Of a stretch of DNA of 64,000 nucleotides, positions 1-12,599 are shown in pieces; positions within the stretch are counted from its first letter, which is position 1; each line of letters begins with the position of its first letter. The notes below the pieces were generated by a model. That model was not told the origin of the DNA. It saw nothing but the letters and a program-made list of their open reading frames with translations, and did no database searches. The stretch covers positions 4,057,978 to 4,121,977 of the forward strand of contig NW_024055728.1 in the NCBI RefSeq assembly GCF_902713615.1. The letters are read 5' to 3'. The stretch is from Scyliorhinus canicula. Taxonomy: Eukaryota. A program made the translations under genes and the position numbers.

Positions 1-484
1 TGATCCCTGGAATGGCGGGTCTAACATATGATGAACGGCTGAGGATCCTGGGATTGTATTCATTGGAGTTTAGAAGGTTAAGGGGAGATCTAATAGAAAC
101 TTACAAGATAATACATGGCTTAGAAAGGGTGGACGCAAAGAAACTGTTTCCGTTAGGCGAGGAGACGAGGACCCGTGGGCACAGCCTTAGAATTAGAGGG
201 GGTAAATTCAGAACAGAAATGCGGAGACATTTCTTCAGCCAGAGAGTAGTGGGCCTGTGGAATTCATTGCCGCGGAGTGCAGTGGAGGCCGGGACGCTAA
301 ATGGCTTCAAGGCAGAGATAGATAAATTCTTGACGTCGCGAGGAATTAAGGGCTACGGGGGAGAATGCTGGTAGGTGGAGTTGAAATGCCCATCAGCCAT
401 GATTGAATGGCGGAGTGGACTCGATGGGCCGAATGGCCTTACTTCCACTCCTATGTCTTATGGTCTTATGGTCTTATGGTCTTA
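1..484 (+). mobile_element. CR1-clade LINE 3' end (ORF2 C-terminus, 3'UTR, (TATGGTCT)n tail)
   Basis: ORF 12-374 carries CR1 C-terminal motifs (LYSLEFRRLRGDLIETYKI, TRGHSL, FFSQRVVGLWNSLP); tail tatggtcttatggtcttatggtctta; same family as the 58.2-62.8 kb copy. Confidence 0.95.
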
Positions 485-1830
485 TTTCTTGAAGAAACTT
501 TTTCCCGTTATTGGTGATCATCAGATTTATACTTTTCCGCCTCTTGGACCATACTTGCGTCTTATTGCTGCCATACTGCGGGAAATCTTCGTCCAGTTCC
601 AACAATAGATAATCATGACTTAAGTCAATATTGGTACACGTGAAGCACCCCAAAAACCACAAAACGACTTGTCTCTGGGGAATGGAGTATTTTTCAATTT
701 GGGCCACTTTGTTCATCATAAACGTGCTGTGCGCCGAGATTGTAACAGAGTGGTCAGGCATAAATGCTTCACAGCTCCAGGGTCCCAGGTTCGATTCCCG
801 GCTGGGCCACTGTCTGTGCGGAGTCTGCACGTCCTCCCCGTGTGTGCGTGGGTTTCCTCCGGCTGCTCCGGTTTCCTCCCACAGTCCAAAGATGTGCGGG
901 TTAGGTGGATTGGCTATGCTAAATTGCCCGTAGTGTCCTAAAAAGTAAAGGTTGGGAGGGGGGGGGGGTTGTTGGGTTACGGGTACAGGGTGGATGCGTG
1001 GGTTTGAGAGTAGGGTGATCATTGTTCGGCACAACATTGAGGGCCGAAGGGCCTGTTCTGTGCTGTACTGTTCTATGTTCTATGTATCAAAACAGGGATG
1101 ATGTACCTTGCCACTAACTGTACAGGTTTTATGTTGCCCAAGTCTTCCATATTTAGAATTTGTCTTTAACGTTTCGATCTCACGAGCGTGGATTGGGCGA
1201 CGCCCTGAGCAACATTGGTCTGCTCTCAGGTTTGTCCTAACTCTTGTCCTTTACCCCACGTATTCGGACAATATGTTGCGGGACCACATCTCCATAATTG
1301 CACTCGACTTGTAAATCGCCAACCCATACCTGCAAACTATCCGGTCAGTTAACTTGGTTTTGCACAGCTAATGTGAACTTATACATCTCGCCCGTTGTCC
1401 TTCTGGAACAATGATTTGTAAAAGGGAATCTTGTTGCTGATACGACACTGGCATTGCGGTTGCCGAAGTATCCTTGAGGTTTCCCTTGCATCCGACGCTT
1501 GTTTGGTGTTTCTACTTCTCAAATTCAAAGGCTGAATTCTTCCTTGAAGATATTATATTATCTGTTATCACAGAGCAATGGTGGACATCGCTCCATCGAA
1601 CTTACTGGTCGCCCGTTAACAATGAAACAATTTCTGTTGGACCGGGTTTGCTCATTTTCACCATATTGAACCTGTTAATATTTGACCATTAGATTTCTTC
1701 TCCTTATTACTGACTGTAATCTGTGTTTGTTTCTTAGACTCAGCACGCCCTGCCTGTCTTAGCAACATGCCCTAATTTGCCCCTCATTTTTGCACATAAG
1801 CGAATGCATTTTCTGCAATGATCCACTTCT
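485..1830 (-). mobile_element. Decayed Gypsy/Ty3 LTR retrotransposon gag-pol fragment, interrupted by a SINE
   Basis: Minus-strand translation ...LNMEDLGNIKPVQ...IIPVL [SINE] DHSVTISAHSTFMMNKVAQIEKYSIPQ...NIDLSHDYLLLELDEDFPQY resembles the Gypsy RT N-terminus (DGSVRICGDYK.TVN...D.YPIP...KLD.S.AY.QL.LDE.S). Confidence 0.7.
749..1084 (+). mobile_element. HE1-type tRNA-derived SINE
   Basis: B box GGTTCGATTCCC, conserved body (gggtttcctccgg...gttaggtggattggc...gctaaattgccc), CR1-derived tail ending gttctatgttctatg. Confidence 0.92.
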
Positions 1831-1832
1831 TC

Positions 1833-2800
1833 GGGGTTGATAACCAAATCAATGGACGTCTCAAGACGAGTGCTCGACGCATTACGTGATAACAGACGTC
1901 AGGGCCACCAGTCGGTAGTAGTTTTGGCACTCTCCTTTTTCTTCTTTGGTGATGGTACAAAGGTTATCTACTTGAAGGAGGTGGGGATCTCGGAGCGAAG
2001 GAGTGAGGTGTTGAAGATGTCTTCGGATACACTCGCCAGCTGGTCTATGCAGGTCTTCAGTTCTTATCTAGTGATGATCTAGGGACTGCGTCGGCGCCCG
2101 TCGCTTTCCGCAGAATAATTTTGAAGATTACCTCTGAGGATGTAATAGTGGGTATGGGCGTGTCCAGGGCTGTTGGGGCGGGTGGCACTGATGCATTGGC
2201 TGACTGCTCAAAGGGGGAATACAATTTGTTCGGTCATTGAGGAGGGATGGTCCAGCCCCTGATATTCAACCTGGCTTTGCTTTGTAGCCTGTGATCTCGT
2301 GTAAGCCTTATCATGGTCGTCGTGGGTCAGTGCCGTTGACCTGAGATTCTGGATTGATGCGGTCATGACTTTTGGCGCACCAGATGGCTTTCCGCACGTC
2401 TTACAACGGGTCCTCATATAGGTCAGGGTCGTCAGACGTGAACGACCCGATTTGGGATTTCAGCAGGGGGTGGACATTTTGGTTGAACCAGGGTGGCCGA
2501 ATAGGGAACGCCCTTATCTTTCGCATATCGTCCTCGACACACTTTATGAAAAAAGTCTGTTTTCTCCCTTAGCCAGCAAAATCAGGATGAGAGATCCCAT
2601 GGTATTCCCTGGATAGTAGTATTCCAATGGTGGCTGTGCCTCTTCCGTGTCCAACTGTCAATGGGGAGAAGATGAGGAACTGAATGAATTCACACTCCAT
2701 CAATGCACAGTTGATCTGTGAACAGGTGTAGTACATTTTGTTGAAGAAATGCCCACTATCCTGGCAGCAGTCTCCACATCTTCATTCTGAAACACGCAGT
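1833..2800 (-). mobile_element. Decayed Rex1/Babar-clade LINE fragment
   Basis: Reverse strand encodes ...DQLASVSEDIFNTSLLRSEIPTSFK.ITFVPSPKKK...DW WP type motif typical of the Rex/Babar RT pre-domain; many stops. Confidence 0.65.
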
Positions 2801-2849
2801 CACTCCAAAGATCAGACTCCCAAGGCGCCCAGAAGTTAGTTTCTCACAA

Positions 2850-3135
2850 TCCCTTCAGTTCAATAGAAGGTGATACGGCTCATCTAGTCTGCGCCGACCC
2901 TCTGAAAGAGGATTTATGATACAACCTCCAATCGAGCATTGCGACACTGCTTGACGACAATTTAGCATATCCAGTCAACCTAACCTGCACATCATTGTAT
3001 AGTGGAACGAAACAGGCGCACCTGGATGAAATCCACGAAGACAAGGGAAGGAATTGCAAACTTCAAACAGACAGTCAGAATCGAACTTTGGTCCATGTTC
3101 TTGTGAGACACCAGTGCTGACCACGGACCAACAGT
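2850..3135 (-). mobile_element. Old degenerate SINE
   Basis: Reverse-complement SINE body (acctaacctgcacatc...aaacagacagtc...cagtgctgaccac). Confidence 0.6.
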
Positions 3136-4488
3136 TCCTCCACCATGCAGGCTGCCACCTCGAAACATGGTGCAAACCCCACCCACCCCACACTTCCCAC
3201 TGGACCAATCATGTGAAAATAACAAGTGCATACAAAAGCAATGACACCACCTAGGACACCATCGATGTGATGAAACAACACTGTGGTACCTGAATGGCCG
3301 AGTGAAGCCTCATGTACAGCTGGTCCATCGAGTATACGTGGAGTTTTGCTGCACTCTTCACATCATCACCATAATGAGGACACAAACATTCATTTTATAT
3401 TTCACGGTGTGTGTATTTTACTTGATTAGCTATTGCCAATCCCAAAATTGCCAAACCACATCCTATGTTCAATGGCATTGACAATAAATCAGTATACACC
3501 TTTAGAATCCATCATGGTCCTCAGGCGCCACTTCAGACGTTACATTCAGCAACAGAAGACAGGAAGCCCTCGGACTGACGTTCCAAATGGTTATAAATGC
3601 CCAGAGCATAGCATCGCCAACCTGGCAGCGGTACGACAAAAAAAAATCATAGCGTCATTGACTGGTCCATGCATCTACCAATGTTTCTGAAACTTATTCT
3701 TTCCGGCAACCAAATTATATAGAATGGCCAACTCTCGCGACCCACACCGCATTCCGCAGATATTCTGCACAATTATTGTTAAACACGCAGACTCATTGTT
3801 GGCATTTCTATATCATTAAATGTATACATTGTAATTTGCACTGCTGTTTCACAATGCCGAACAGTTATATCCTGTCACATTGCTCAAGGCGAAGACCCAG
3901 GATGATTTGATTATTTTATTTCTTCACAGCAATTATTAGCATTTGCAAAATTGTTTGCAAGCGATGGAAAATTTAACAGGCTCAAGAGTTTTAACAACGT
4001 CGTACACATTTGTTCAAATCCTAACATGACATCGGACTGGAAATTAAACATAAAACTTACACTTCAGAAAGGCTCCTACTGGGTGAATTCAAAGCACCGC
4101 CAGGCAGAATGTCACTAGATGCCTGTCAATACCGTTTCCGAGGTAAATATACAACATACTGAAAACATTAGAAAAAGCAATGTTTGGCAAATCTCAGTTG
4201 ACCAATATGCACAATGTGTAGGCGCATTCCATTCCATCCACCTGCGACATTTTACCAGGTCCTGTATAGGTGAGTGTAGCTGTGTCGACAGCTAATGCCA
4301 TCGTTGACGAACAATTAGATTCTCGATAAAGCTTAAAGCGAAAGACCTCGCAGTCGATGAACAAATTCAGCTGATTACGTCCATTTAGCGACACGGCACA
4401 GATGGATTCTTGAAGACGAGGATCCCGGATGCCGGGGTGGATAGAGGCTGAAGCGGTGATGAAAAGTGATGATTTTTTGAAGGAGACT

Positions 4489-4715
4489 GGGCGAAGCCGT
4501 GGCGCAGTGATCATCACTACTGTCTCAAAGCACGAAGGACTTGGGTTCGATCCCGGCACCGGGTTCCTGTACGAGTGGAGGTTGCAAATTCTCCCCTAGT
4601 TTCCGTGGGTCTCACCTCTACAACCTATGATGGCCAGGGTAGGTGGATTAGTCATGCCAAATTGTCCCTGAATTTGAAAAACAAATAATTAGATAGTCCA
4701 AATGTATTCCGAAAT
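4489..4715 (+). mobile_element. Old tRNA-derived SINE (short variant)
   Basis: gtggcgcagtg A-box-like, GGTTCGATCCC B box, gtaggtggattagtcatgccaaattgtccc. Confidence 0.7.
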
Positions 4716-4879
4716 ATAAGAAAAAGTGTTTGAAGGACACGAGCCCAGATCTGGAGAGGCAGTTGAGAAATTAAAGGAGTGGACATAGGGGCTAGTCCGG
4801 ATGATGGAGAATGCAGGTCAGGATTAACACGGGGTTTGTGACAGACTAAAATAAAGAAATTTATACAGATCCACACTGT

Positions 4880-6669
4880 GAAAAGAATGACTAGAGTAAG
4901 ATTAGGGCCAATCAAGGATAGTAGTAGTGGAAAGTTGTGTGTGGAATCAGAGGAGATAGGGGATGCGTTAAATGGATATTTTTCGTCAGTGTTTACACTG
5001 GAGAAAGACAATGTTGTCGAGGAGAACACTCAGGTTCAGTCGACCAGGCTAGATGGAAGTAAGGTTCAAAAGGAGGAGGTGTTAGCAATTTTGGACAATG
5101 TCAAAATAGATAAGTCCCCTGGGCCAGATGGGATTTATCCTAGGATTCTCTGGGAAGCCAGGGAGGAGATTGCAGAGCCTTTGTCCTTGATCTTTATGTC
5201 GTCTTTGTCGACGGAAATAGTGCCGGAAGACTGGAGGATAGCAAATGTTGTCCCCTTGTTCAAGAAGGGGAGTAGAGACAACCCTGGTAATTATAGACCT
5301 GTGAGCTTTACTGGTTGTGGGTAAAATGTTGGAAAATATTATAAGAGATAGGGTTGATAATCATCTTGAAAAGAACAAGTTGATTAGCAAAAGTCAACAC
5401 GGTTTTGTGAAGGGTAGGTCATGCCTCACAAACCTTAATGAGTTTTTTGAGAAGGTGACCAAACAGGTGGATCAGGGTAAAGCTGTTGATGTGGTGTATA
5501 TGGATTTCAGTAAGGCGTTTGATAAGGTTCCCCACGGTAGGCCATTGCAGAAAATAAGGAGGAATGGAATTGAAGGTGATTTAGCGGTTTGGATCAGTGA
5601 TTGGCTAGCTGAAAGAAGACAGAGGGTGGTGGTTGATGGCAGATGTTCATCCTGGAGTTCAGTTCAGTTACTAGTGGTGTACCGCAAGGATATGTTTTGG
5701 GGCCACTGCTGTTTGTCATTTTTATAAATGACCTGGAAGAGGGTGTAGAAGGATGGGTTAGTAAATTTGCAGATGAGACGAAGGTCGGTAGAGTTGTGGA
5801 TAGTGCTGAAGGATGTTATAGGATACAGAGGGACATAGATAAGCTGCAGAGCTGGGCTGAGAGGTGGCAGATGGAGTTTAATGCGGAAAAGTGTGAGGTG
5901 GTTCACTTTGGAAGGAGTAAAATGAATGCAGAGTACTGGGCTAATGGCAAGATTCTTGGTAGTGTAGATGAACAGAGAGCTCTAGGCATCCAGGTACATA
6001 CATCCCTGAAAGTTGCCACCCAGGTTAATAGGGCTGTTAAGAAGGCATATGGTGTGCTAGCCTTTATAAGCAGGGGGATTGAGTTTCGGAACCACAAGGT
6101 CATGCTGCAGCTGTACATAACTCTGGTGCAGCCGCACCTGGAGTGCTGCGTGCAGTTCTGGTCACCGCATTATAGGAAGGATGTGGAAGCTTTGGAAAGG
6201 ATTCAGAGTAGATTTACTTGGATGTTGCCTGGTATGGAGGGAAGGTCCTACGAGGAAAGTCTCAGGGAATTGAGGTTGTTTTCGTTAGAGAGGAGAAGGC
6301 TGAGAGGTGACTTAATAGAGACATATAAGATAGTCAGAGGGTTAGATAGGGTGGACAGTGAGAGTCTTTTTCCTCGGATGGTGATGACCAACACGAGGGG
6401 ACATAGCTTTTAATTGAGGAGTGATAGATATAGGACAGCTGTCAGAGGCAGTTTCTGTTCTCAGAGAGTAGTAGGGGTGTGGAACGCCCTGCCTGCAACA
6501 GTTGTAGACTCGCCAAATTTAAGGGCATTTAAGTGGTCACTGGGTAGACATATGGATGAAAATGGAATTGTGTAGGTCAGATAGGCTTCAGATGGTTTCA
6601 CAGGTCGGCGCAACATCGAGGGCCGAAGGGTCCGTACTGCGCTGTAGTGTTCTATGTTCTATGTTCTAT
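4880..6669 (+). mobile_element. 5'-truncated CR1 (HER1-type) LINE, RT with frameshifts
   Basis: ORFs 4878-5324, 5317-5727, 5643-6413 carry KSPGPDGIYPR, NYRPVS, SQHGFVKGRSCLTNL, YMDFSKAFDKVPH, SGVPQG, SKFADETK; (TTCTATG)n tail at 6650-6669. Confidence 0.95.
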
Positions 6670-7440
6670 AACAGGATAGATGGAAAGGCCAGCCACAGAG
6701 AACGCTGGAGGTCACTGTCTGCAAACGACACCGACTATATTTTCGACTAGAGAGGCAAGGGTTTCCATGGTCCCAGGTTCTGCATCAGCCATGTTTGGCC
6801 ACACATTCTACTGCAGTAAGATTTTACCTCGTGAGTAAACGGAAAAATGGTCAGGAAATCATTGATATTTCCTTTCGGTGACCTTTTGGCGGCCCATTTG
6901 CCACGGTCCTCCGACCCATCCGTGGGTCACTACCCCCATTTAAGAAAGCAACGGATTGGTGCATAATCGTCATCCATTGGTTTTATTACTGGTCAGGAAT
7001 TATTCAGCTCCTCGAAGATAATGATCTCTCCCAGAGCCTCAAAGGTAGCTCATCTCTCAATGGTCCCTAGCTATTAAAAGGTTAATAGGTTAACTCTTTG
7101 ATATTCTGCTTAAGCCTGTCCTGGCTTTATCCCTAAATTCCGACATTATTACCTGTATGACTTGGAAAGCAATTCGTGTCCATCTTCAAGAACCGTTCTT
7201 GCCGCCTCATAACCCTTATAGACCTCCTCTGACAAGGAAGCATACACTTCCTCTGCTCACCCCTTCAATTTACACTGCAGGAGTAATTAAGGTTCACTTT
7301 TGACAACTCAATTTGGGTCACTATTTTCTCAATGTTATCAGACACGAGCTAACGTACAATAGAAAGCAAGCGACTGAAAAAAATAGTAAAACGGGGTTTA
7401 ACAGGAGAATGCTTCCACAGGATCATCCATCACGGTATTT

Positions 7441-7749
7441 TAATAATAATCTTTATTAGTGTCTCAGGTAGGCTTATTTTAACACTGCAATGTGGTTACC
7501 GTGAAGAAAGCCGAGTCTCCACACACCGGCGCCTTTCCGGGTGCACGGAGGGTGAATTCAGAATGCCCAATTCACCGCACAGCTTGTCTTTCGGGATTTG
7601 TGGGAGGAAGCGGGAGCACCCGGAGGGAATCCACACAGAAAAAGAGGGAAGGGCAACATCTGCACAGACAGTGACCCAAGAAGGGAATCGTACCTGAATC
7701 CGAGAGCTGCAAAGCAACACTGCTCTCCACTGTGCTCCCGTGCCGCCCC
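7441..7749 (-). mobile_element. Second SINE family (tail ...ACTAATAAAGATTATTA)
   Basis: Reverse complement begins gggcggcacgggagcacagtgg and ends in the gcctac...gacactaataaagattatta tail. Confidence 0.8.
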
Positions 7750-8999
7750 ATTTTGGAAGGGAGGAACGAAATAAGAGCAAAGGAGAACAATTCCCCAACG
7801 TTGGATAACGTGACCATTATCCGGAAAGATCTATGTCTGCGCGCCGGATGAAGACTGCAGCAGTGGGCTTTTCGCCGTGATGGAGGCTCCCATTGTCACT
7901 GGAATTGGAACTGGACCTACCCTCTGTTAACGACCCGCTGTCTTCTGATGTGCAACGGCCGATCCACCTTCTAAATGTAGATATTATGATCCGCACCAGA
8001 CGCAACAGTGGTTGGATACTGGACAGAACCCCAATATTTTATCTCAATTTTGTAAAACAGTGAGGAAAGGATCATTCGCTCCAGAAACAATTTACCGGAA
8101 AATATGGAAATGGTATACTAAAACTAGCTTCATTGCTAAAAGTAAACCAAACGTATTTAGCATCAATGAAGAAAATGGCGTTCGATTGCCCCTTTAGAAA
8201 TGCTAATCAATACATTGCCGCAATAGGCCGTCACTGCCGTGTCTCCAGACTCAAAGAACGAAACAATCCCAAATCCAAATCCACTGCAAGCAATCAGGAA
8301 CACGTTTTGTTCAGAGATATCTTGAAAACTTTAGTCTGAGAAAGAAATATGTGTTGAGACTTCTTTAAAGAACGAGTCCCGTCAGAATAATTCAAAATCT
8401 CGTCTTGATTTTTTCACAGAATTTTCATAGCTGCATTTCTAACCACGAACAAAACCTGAGCCTCATCACCTGACTGCCTCATAAACTCATGGTACCACTC
8501 ATTTCCGACATCATCTCACTAAACAAAACAGAACGTATCTGATGAACTATTGCAGACGGAAACATCTTGGTATAAACAAAAATTCATTAACCCAGCCGTT
8601 TACAGAACGTTAACTGCATCTGTTGTTGCCCCAGATTCTAGCAGTCTTGCAAATCAGGATTTTCTGTTTTCGAAAAAAAATACGCAGCCGATATACACAC
8701 ACTAATTTGGAAGGTTGTTAACCCTTAGTGCACCAAACACATAAAATATAATACATCTGAAATTCATACATTCAGCACTTCCTGCACCGGGGGTTTACTC
8801 GAGCAAGCCACAACTCACCCGGCACACAGCAAATCCCCTGTGACCATCGGCGGGAGAAGATGGGAAAAGGACTGTCATATCGCCAAGACCCGATCTTCAG
8901 ATTGGAATGATAGTGGTGGAGTTTTAGTCAATAGTCTAGCACTTGGAATAAGAACAAAAGAGCGTTTCGCCTGCTACTGTCATGACTGAGCAACGCTCT

Positions 9000-9330
9000 T
9001 CAGCCTGCTCTCTGCTCGCCCTGCCATGATTCTATTTCACAAAAAGCATTACCTAACATCTCTCTATATAAAACGCCATCTACCATTCTTCGCCCCACTG
9101 CCCAATTGATTAATATACTGCTTAAATCGGAGATTACCCGCCTCAATGTCCGACCATGCCACCAATCTACAAACTTACTAACCATGCCTCCTAAATGCTC
9201 ATTTAAATCAGGATAACTAACAAATAACATTGGAACCGGCACTGATGTTGAGACACTGTGCAGGTCACAGGCCTCCAATTTCACAAATAACCCTCCGCAA
9301 ACACCCTTTGTCGCCACACTCCGTCGCCTC
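9000..9330 (-). mobile_element. Old CR1 RT fragment
   Basis: ORF 9000-9341 contains ...LFV...DL...LGGMVSKFVD (SKFADD region). Confidence 0.6.
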
Positions 9331-9750
9331 TTTGGATACACTCAGGGAGAATTTAGACTGACCAATTCACGTAACAAGCACGCCTTTCGGGACTTGTTAA
9401 GGGAACTGGAGCCCATCTTGATGGGGATGGTGAAGGCTGATTTGGCAAGGAAGAACATTCTTCGTTTGTCATTGGCAGCTCCGGAACAGGTTGTCAAATT
9501 GTATATGTTACCGCAGTTCCTGTTTCTCTTCCAGCTGTGCCCGCAGTTCCACATATATCGTTCATCAAGGGTAAGGATAGGGATAATCTGATTCATTTGG
9601 GCGAGGATGGGGCACCAGAATTAGAAAGGTGAAATTAAAGAGCGGCGACTGGGCCTGGAGAATTCGCTTTACCATTACTGGGGGTTAAATGCTGATAATC
9701 GGCAAGGTTGGTGTAAGGAGGGGACTATTCTGTGGATATGGACTTGGTAG

Positions 9751-10000
9751 GTAAGGATGGAGACGGGATATGTGGTTAAGGATGAAGACAGACTCTGTGG
9801 GTAATGATGGAGACGTGCGCTCTGTTTAAAGATGGAGACGGGTTCTGTGGGTAAGAATGAAAGGGTATTCTGTGGGAAAGGATTGAGACGGGATCCGTGG
9901 GTAGGGATGGAGACGGTCTCTGTGGGTCAGAATGGGGCTGGGATATGTGGATAAGAATGGAGTAGGTCTCGGAGGATAGCGATGGGAATGGACTCTGTGG
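9751..10000 (+). repeat. 25-bp minisatellite, 10 diverged units (consensus GTAAGGATGGAGACGGGNTCTGTGG)
   Basis: Ten consecutive 25-nt units counted directly, no indels. Confidence 0.9.
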
Positions 10001-10566
10001 GGCAGGTTGAGTCTGGGCTCATCCAGATTGTCAGGGTTGTGGCAGTTGGCAACATCAGCGCTCCCAATGGTCACAGGTAATACTCGGGGAGAAAGGTGGT
10101 TGTGGTCACACTGAGGATTTGTAGGCAGTTAAAGCAACATCTGAATTTGAGGGCTGGGTGAGTGGATATGCTGATTAGGGGGAATCATCTGTTCAGACCA
10201 GGAAGGTTGCATCCTAGGTTAAGGAGTTCGTAAGAGAAGGATGTTCGTGAAATGAATGATTTATTTATTGGGGGAGGGTTTCCGAGTCTATCAGAGCTCA
10301 GAGACATATGGATGTACACAGAAAGAGGAGTTTAGGGATAGACGGGTGAGGGGTTTGGTAAGAAAACGGTTCCCGTCGTTCCAAGTGACGCCGGCAATTT
10401 AGCTTTTGGAGAATGTTGTCAGTGGGAGGAGTGGAAAAGGGAGTTGTCTAGGCTATTAACGGAATGATCCAGGAGATGGATTTGGTGTCCATGAATGTGG
10501 TTTAATATGAAATGAGAAGAGGAACTGGCGATGGTGCTCACAAAAGGACCGTGGTGTGAGGTGTTG

Positions 10567-11510
10567 AATAAGAACATAAGAACTAGGAGCAGGGGTAGGC
10601 TATCTGCCCCCTCGAGCCTGCTCCCCTATTCAATGAGATCATGGCTGATCTTTTCTGGGCCCAGCTGCACTTTCCGGCCCAAACACCAGAACCCTTAATC
10701 CATTTATTTTTCAAAAAGCGATCTACCACTGTCTTAAAAACATTTAATGAAGGAGCTTCTACTACTTCACTGGACAAGAAATTCCATTGATTCACAACCC
10801 AGTGTGTGAAGAAGTTCCTCCTAAACTCATTCCTAAATCTACTCCTTATTTTGAGGCTATGCCCCCGAGTTCTGCTTTCACCTGGCAGTGGAAACAACTT
10901 CTTTGCATCTATCCTATCTATTTCCTTCATAGTTTTATATGTTTCTATTAAATTCTCCCCCCCCCCCCATCATTCTTCAAAGACTACACTCCCAGCCTAC
11001 TCAATCTCTCCCCGTAATCCAACCCCTTCAGCTCTGGGGTTAACCTAGTGAATCTCCTCTGCACATCATCCAGCGCCAGAAAATCGTTTCTCAGGTAAGG
11101 AGACCAACACTGAACACAATACTCCAGGTGTGGTCTCACTAACACCTTATACATTTGCAGCATAGCCTTCTTAGTCTTAAACTCGACCCCTCTAACAATG
11201 AAGGACACATTTCCATTTGCCTTCTTAATCACCTGTTGCACCTGTAATCCAACTTTTTTGCGACTCATGCACTAGCACACCCAGGTCTTTCTGCACAGTT
11301 GCATGTTTTGATATTTTATAATTTAAATAATAATCCCGTTTGCTGTTATTCCTACAGAATGGATAACCTCGGACTTGTCAACATTGTATTCCATCTGCCA
11401 GACCCTAGCCCATTCACTGAACCTATCCACTTTTTGCTTTACCACTCATCTTAGCATCGTCTGCAAATTGGACACATTACGCTTGGTCCCCAACAACCAA
11501 TCATCTATGT
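10567..11510 (-). mobile_element. CR1 LINE 3' part with (TTCTTATG)n tail
   Basis: ORFs 10583-10930 and 10984-11268 (LVRPHLEYCVQCWSP, TRGHSLK); ataagaacataagaac tail on + strand. Confidence 0.9.
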
Positions 11511-12599
11511 AACGTAGGGTGACTGCTTGCACTTTATCTACGATGTTGGTGATGATTCAACTGAAGATAGTGCAGTGCTTACCTCAGTGAGTCAAGGATA
11601 AAACAGTTGGTCGTAGGGATGGGGGTGGAGGTGGGGTGGGCAGGTAGATGCGAGCGATGTAGTAGGGGCTCCGCAAATCGTGTTCACATGTTTTTGTCCT
11701 GTCAGAAACTCGAACATGTTTGCAGGTCGGTACTCGGGAAAATTCTAGAGGTCCGACCTGTGCGTGTGATGCCCGACCACCTAAAACGCATTTTAGGACC
11801 AGCACGAGGTGCAGCGGGCACGCGGACAGACGTCTCAGCCTGCACCTCGTTGATCGCTAAGGCCGGATTGTATGTTTGTCAGCATCTGTGTGTGAAAGAG
11901 TTAGGATATATATACATATATACACATACATATATATATATATAGTGATATAAGGGGAGAGAGAGAGAGAGAGAGCGAGAACTGTTGGTATCCGCATTTG
12001 TGTCTTCAAGCTTCTATGTAGGTGCATGGTTTTGTGTGTCAGCGTATGCTCTTGGCCGTGTGTGATTGTGTCGGCGTAAATGTGTATAAATGTGTGTGAG
12101 AGAGCGTGTCGCTGTGTGTGTTTATGTGCGTGTGGAAGTGAACGTAGGGAGTGTTTGCTTATGTTAGTGCCCGGGTGCATTTGTGTGAGTGTTTGTGACT
12201 GTGTGACTGCGTGTCAGTATTTGTGTATCGGTGTTTGTATGTGAGTTAATGTTGCGGGTCCATGGTTATCCGTGTGCGTGTTTATGTGTGTTTATAGGTC
12301 TATATGTCTGTGTGGCAAAGTGCGTGTGGATATTAGTGGGTGGGTGTGTGAAGGGTGGGGTGTGAGTATGTGTGTGGGCGAGTGTGTTTCAGCGGTATGC
12401 GTGCCATTGTGTGTTTCTACGTGGCTGTGTATCCGTGTGTTTTTGTGCGTATTTGTTGGTGTGAGAATGTGTGTATGGGCATATATGTGTATATGTAAGT
12501 GCGTTTGGGTCAGTGATATTTGTTTGTGGAGTGAGCGTGCGTATGTGTTTGTGTCTATTTGTATGGGGTTGCGTATTCCTGGGGTTTGTGTGTTGTTAA

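Larger units (their letters stand above)
9394..11800 (+). mobile_element. Decayed L1-clade LINE ORF2 3' half, split by a minisatellite and a CR1 insertion
   Basis: LSLA...VVKLYMLPQFLFLFQ (9394-9591), TLRICRQLKQH (about 10110), and after the CR1 insert LVMIQLKIV... then C-terminal zinc motif CERCSRGSANRVHMFLSCQKL (about 11650-11710). Confidence 0.8.

Noticed and set aside
631-933. Recurrent ORF 'SQLQGPRFDSRLGHCLCGVCTSSPCVRGFPP' (also 13321, 60121, 62249)
   Set aside because: Fortuitous frame through the HE1-type SINE.
4194-4440. Possible Gypsy gag remnant (FRFKLYRES...)
   Set aside because: Similarity too weak to support by eye.
6791-6830. ATG...CCT C|GTGAGT (MFGHTFYCSKILP) as GPCR exon 1
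   Set aside because: Phase fits, but it lacks the hydrophobic first half of TM1 (YYP.LA..G.P type) expected for this family; the real exon 1 is probably upstream of the window.
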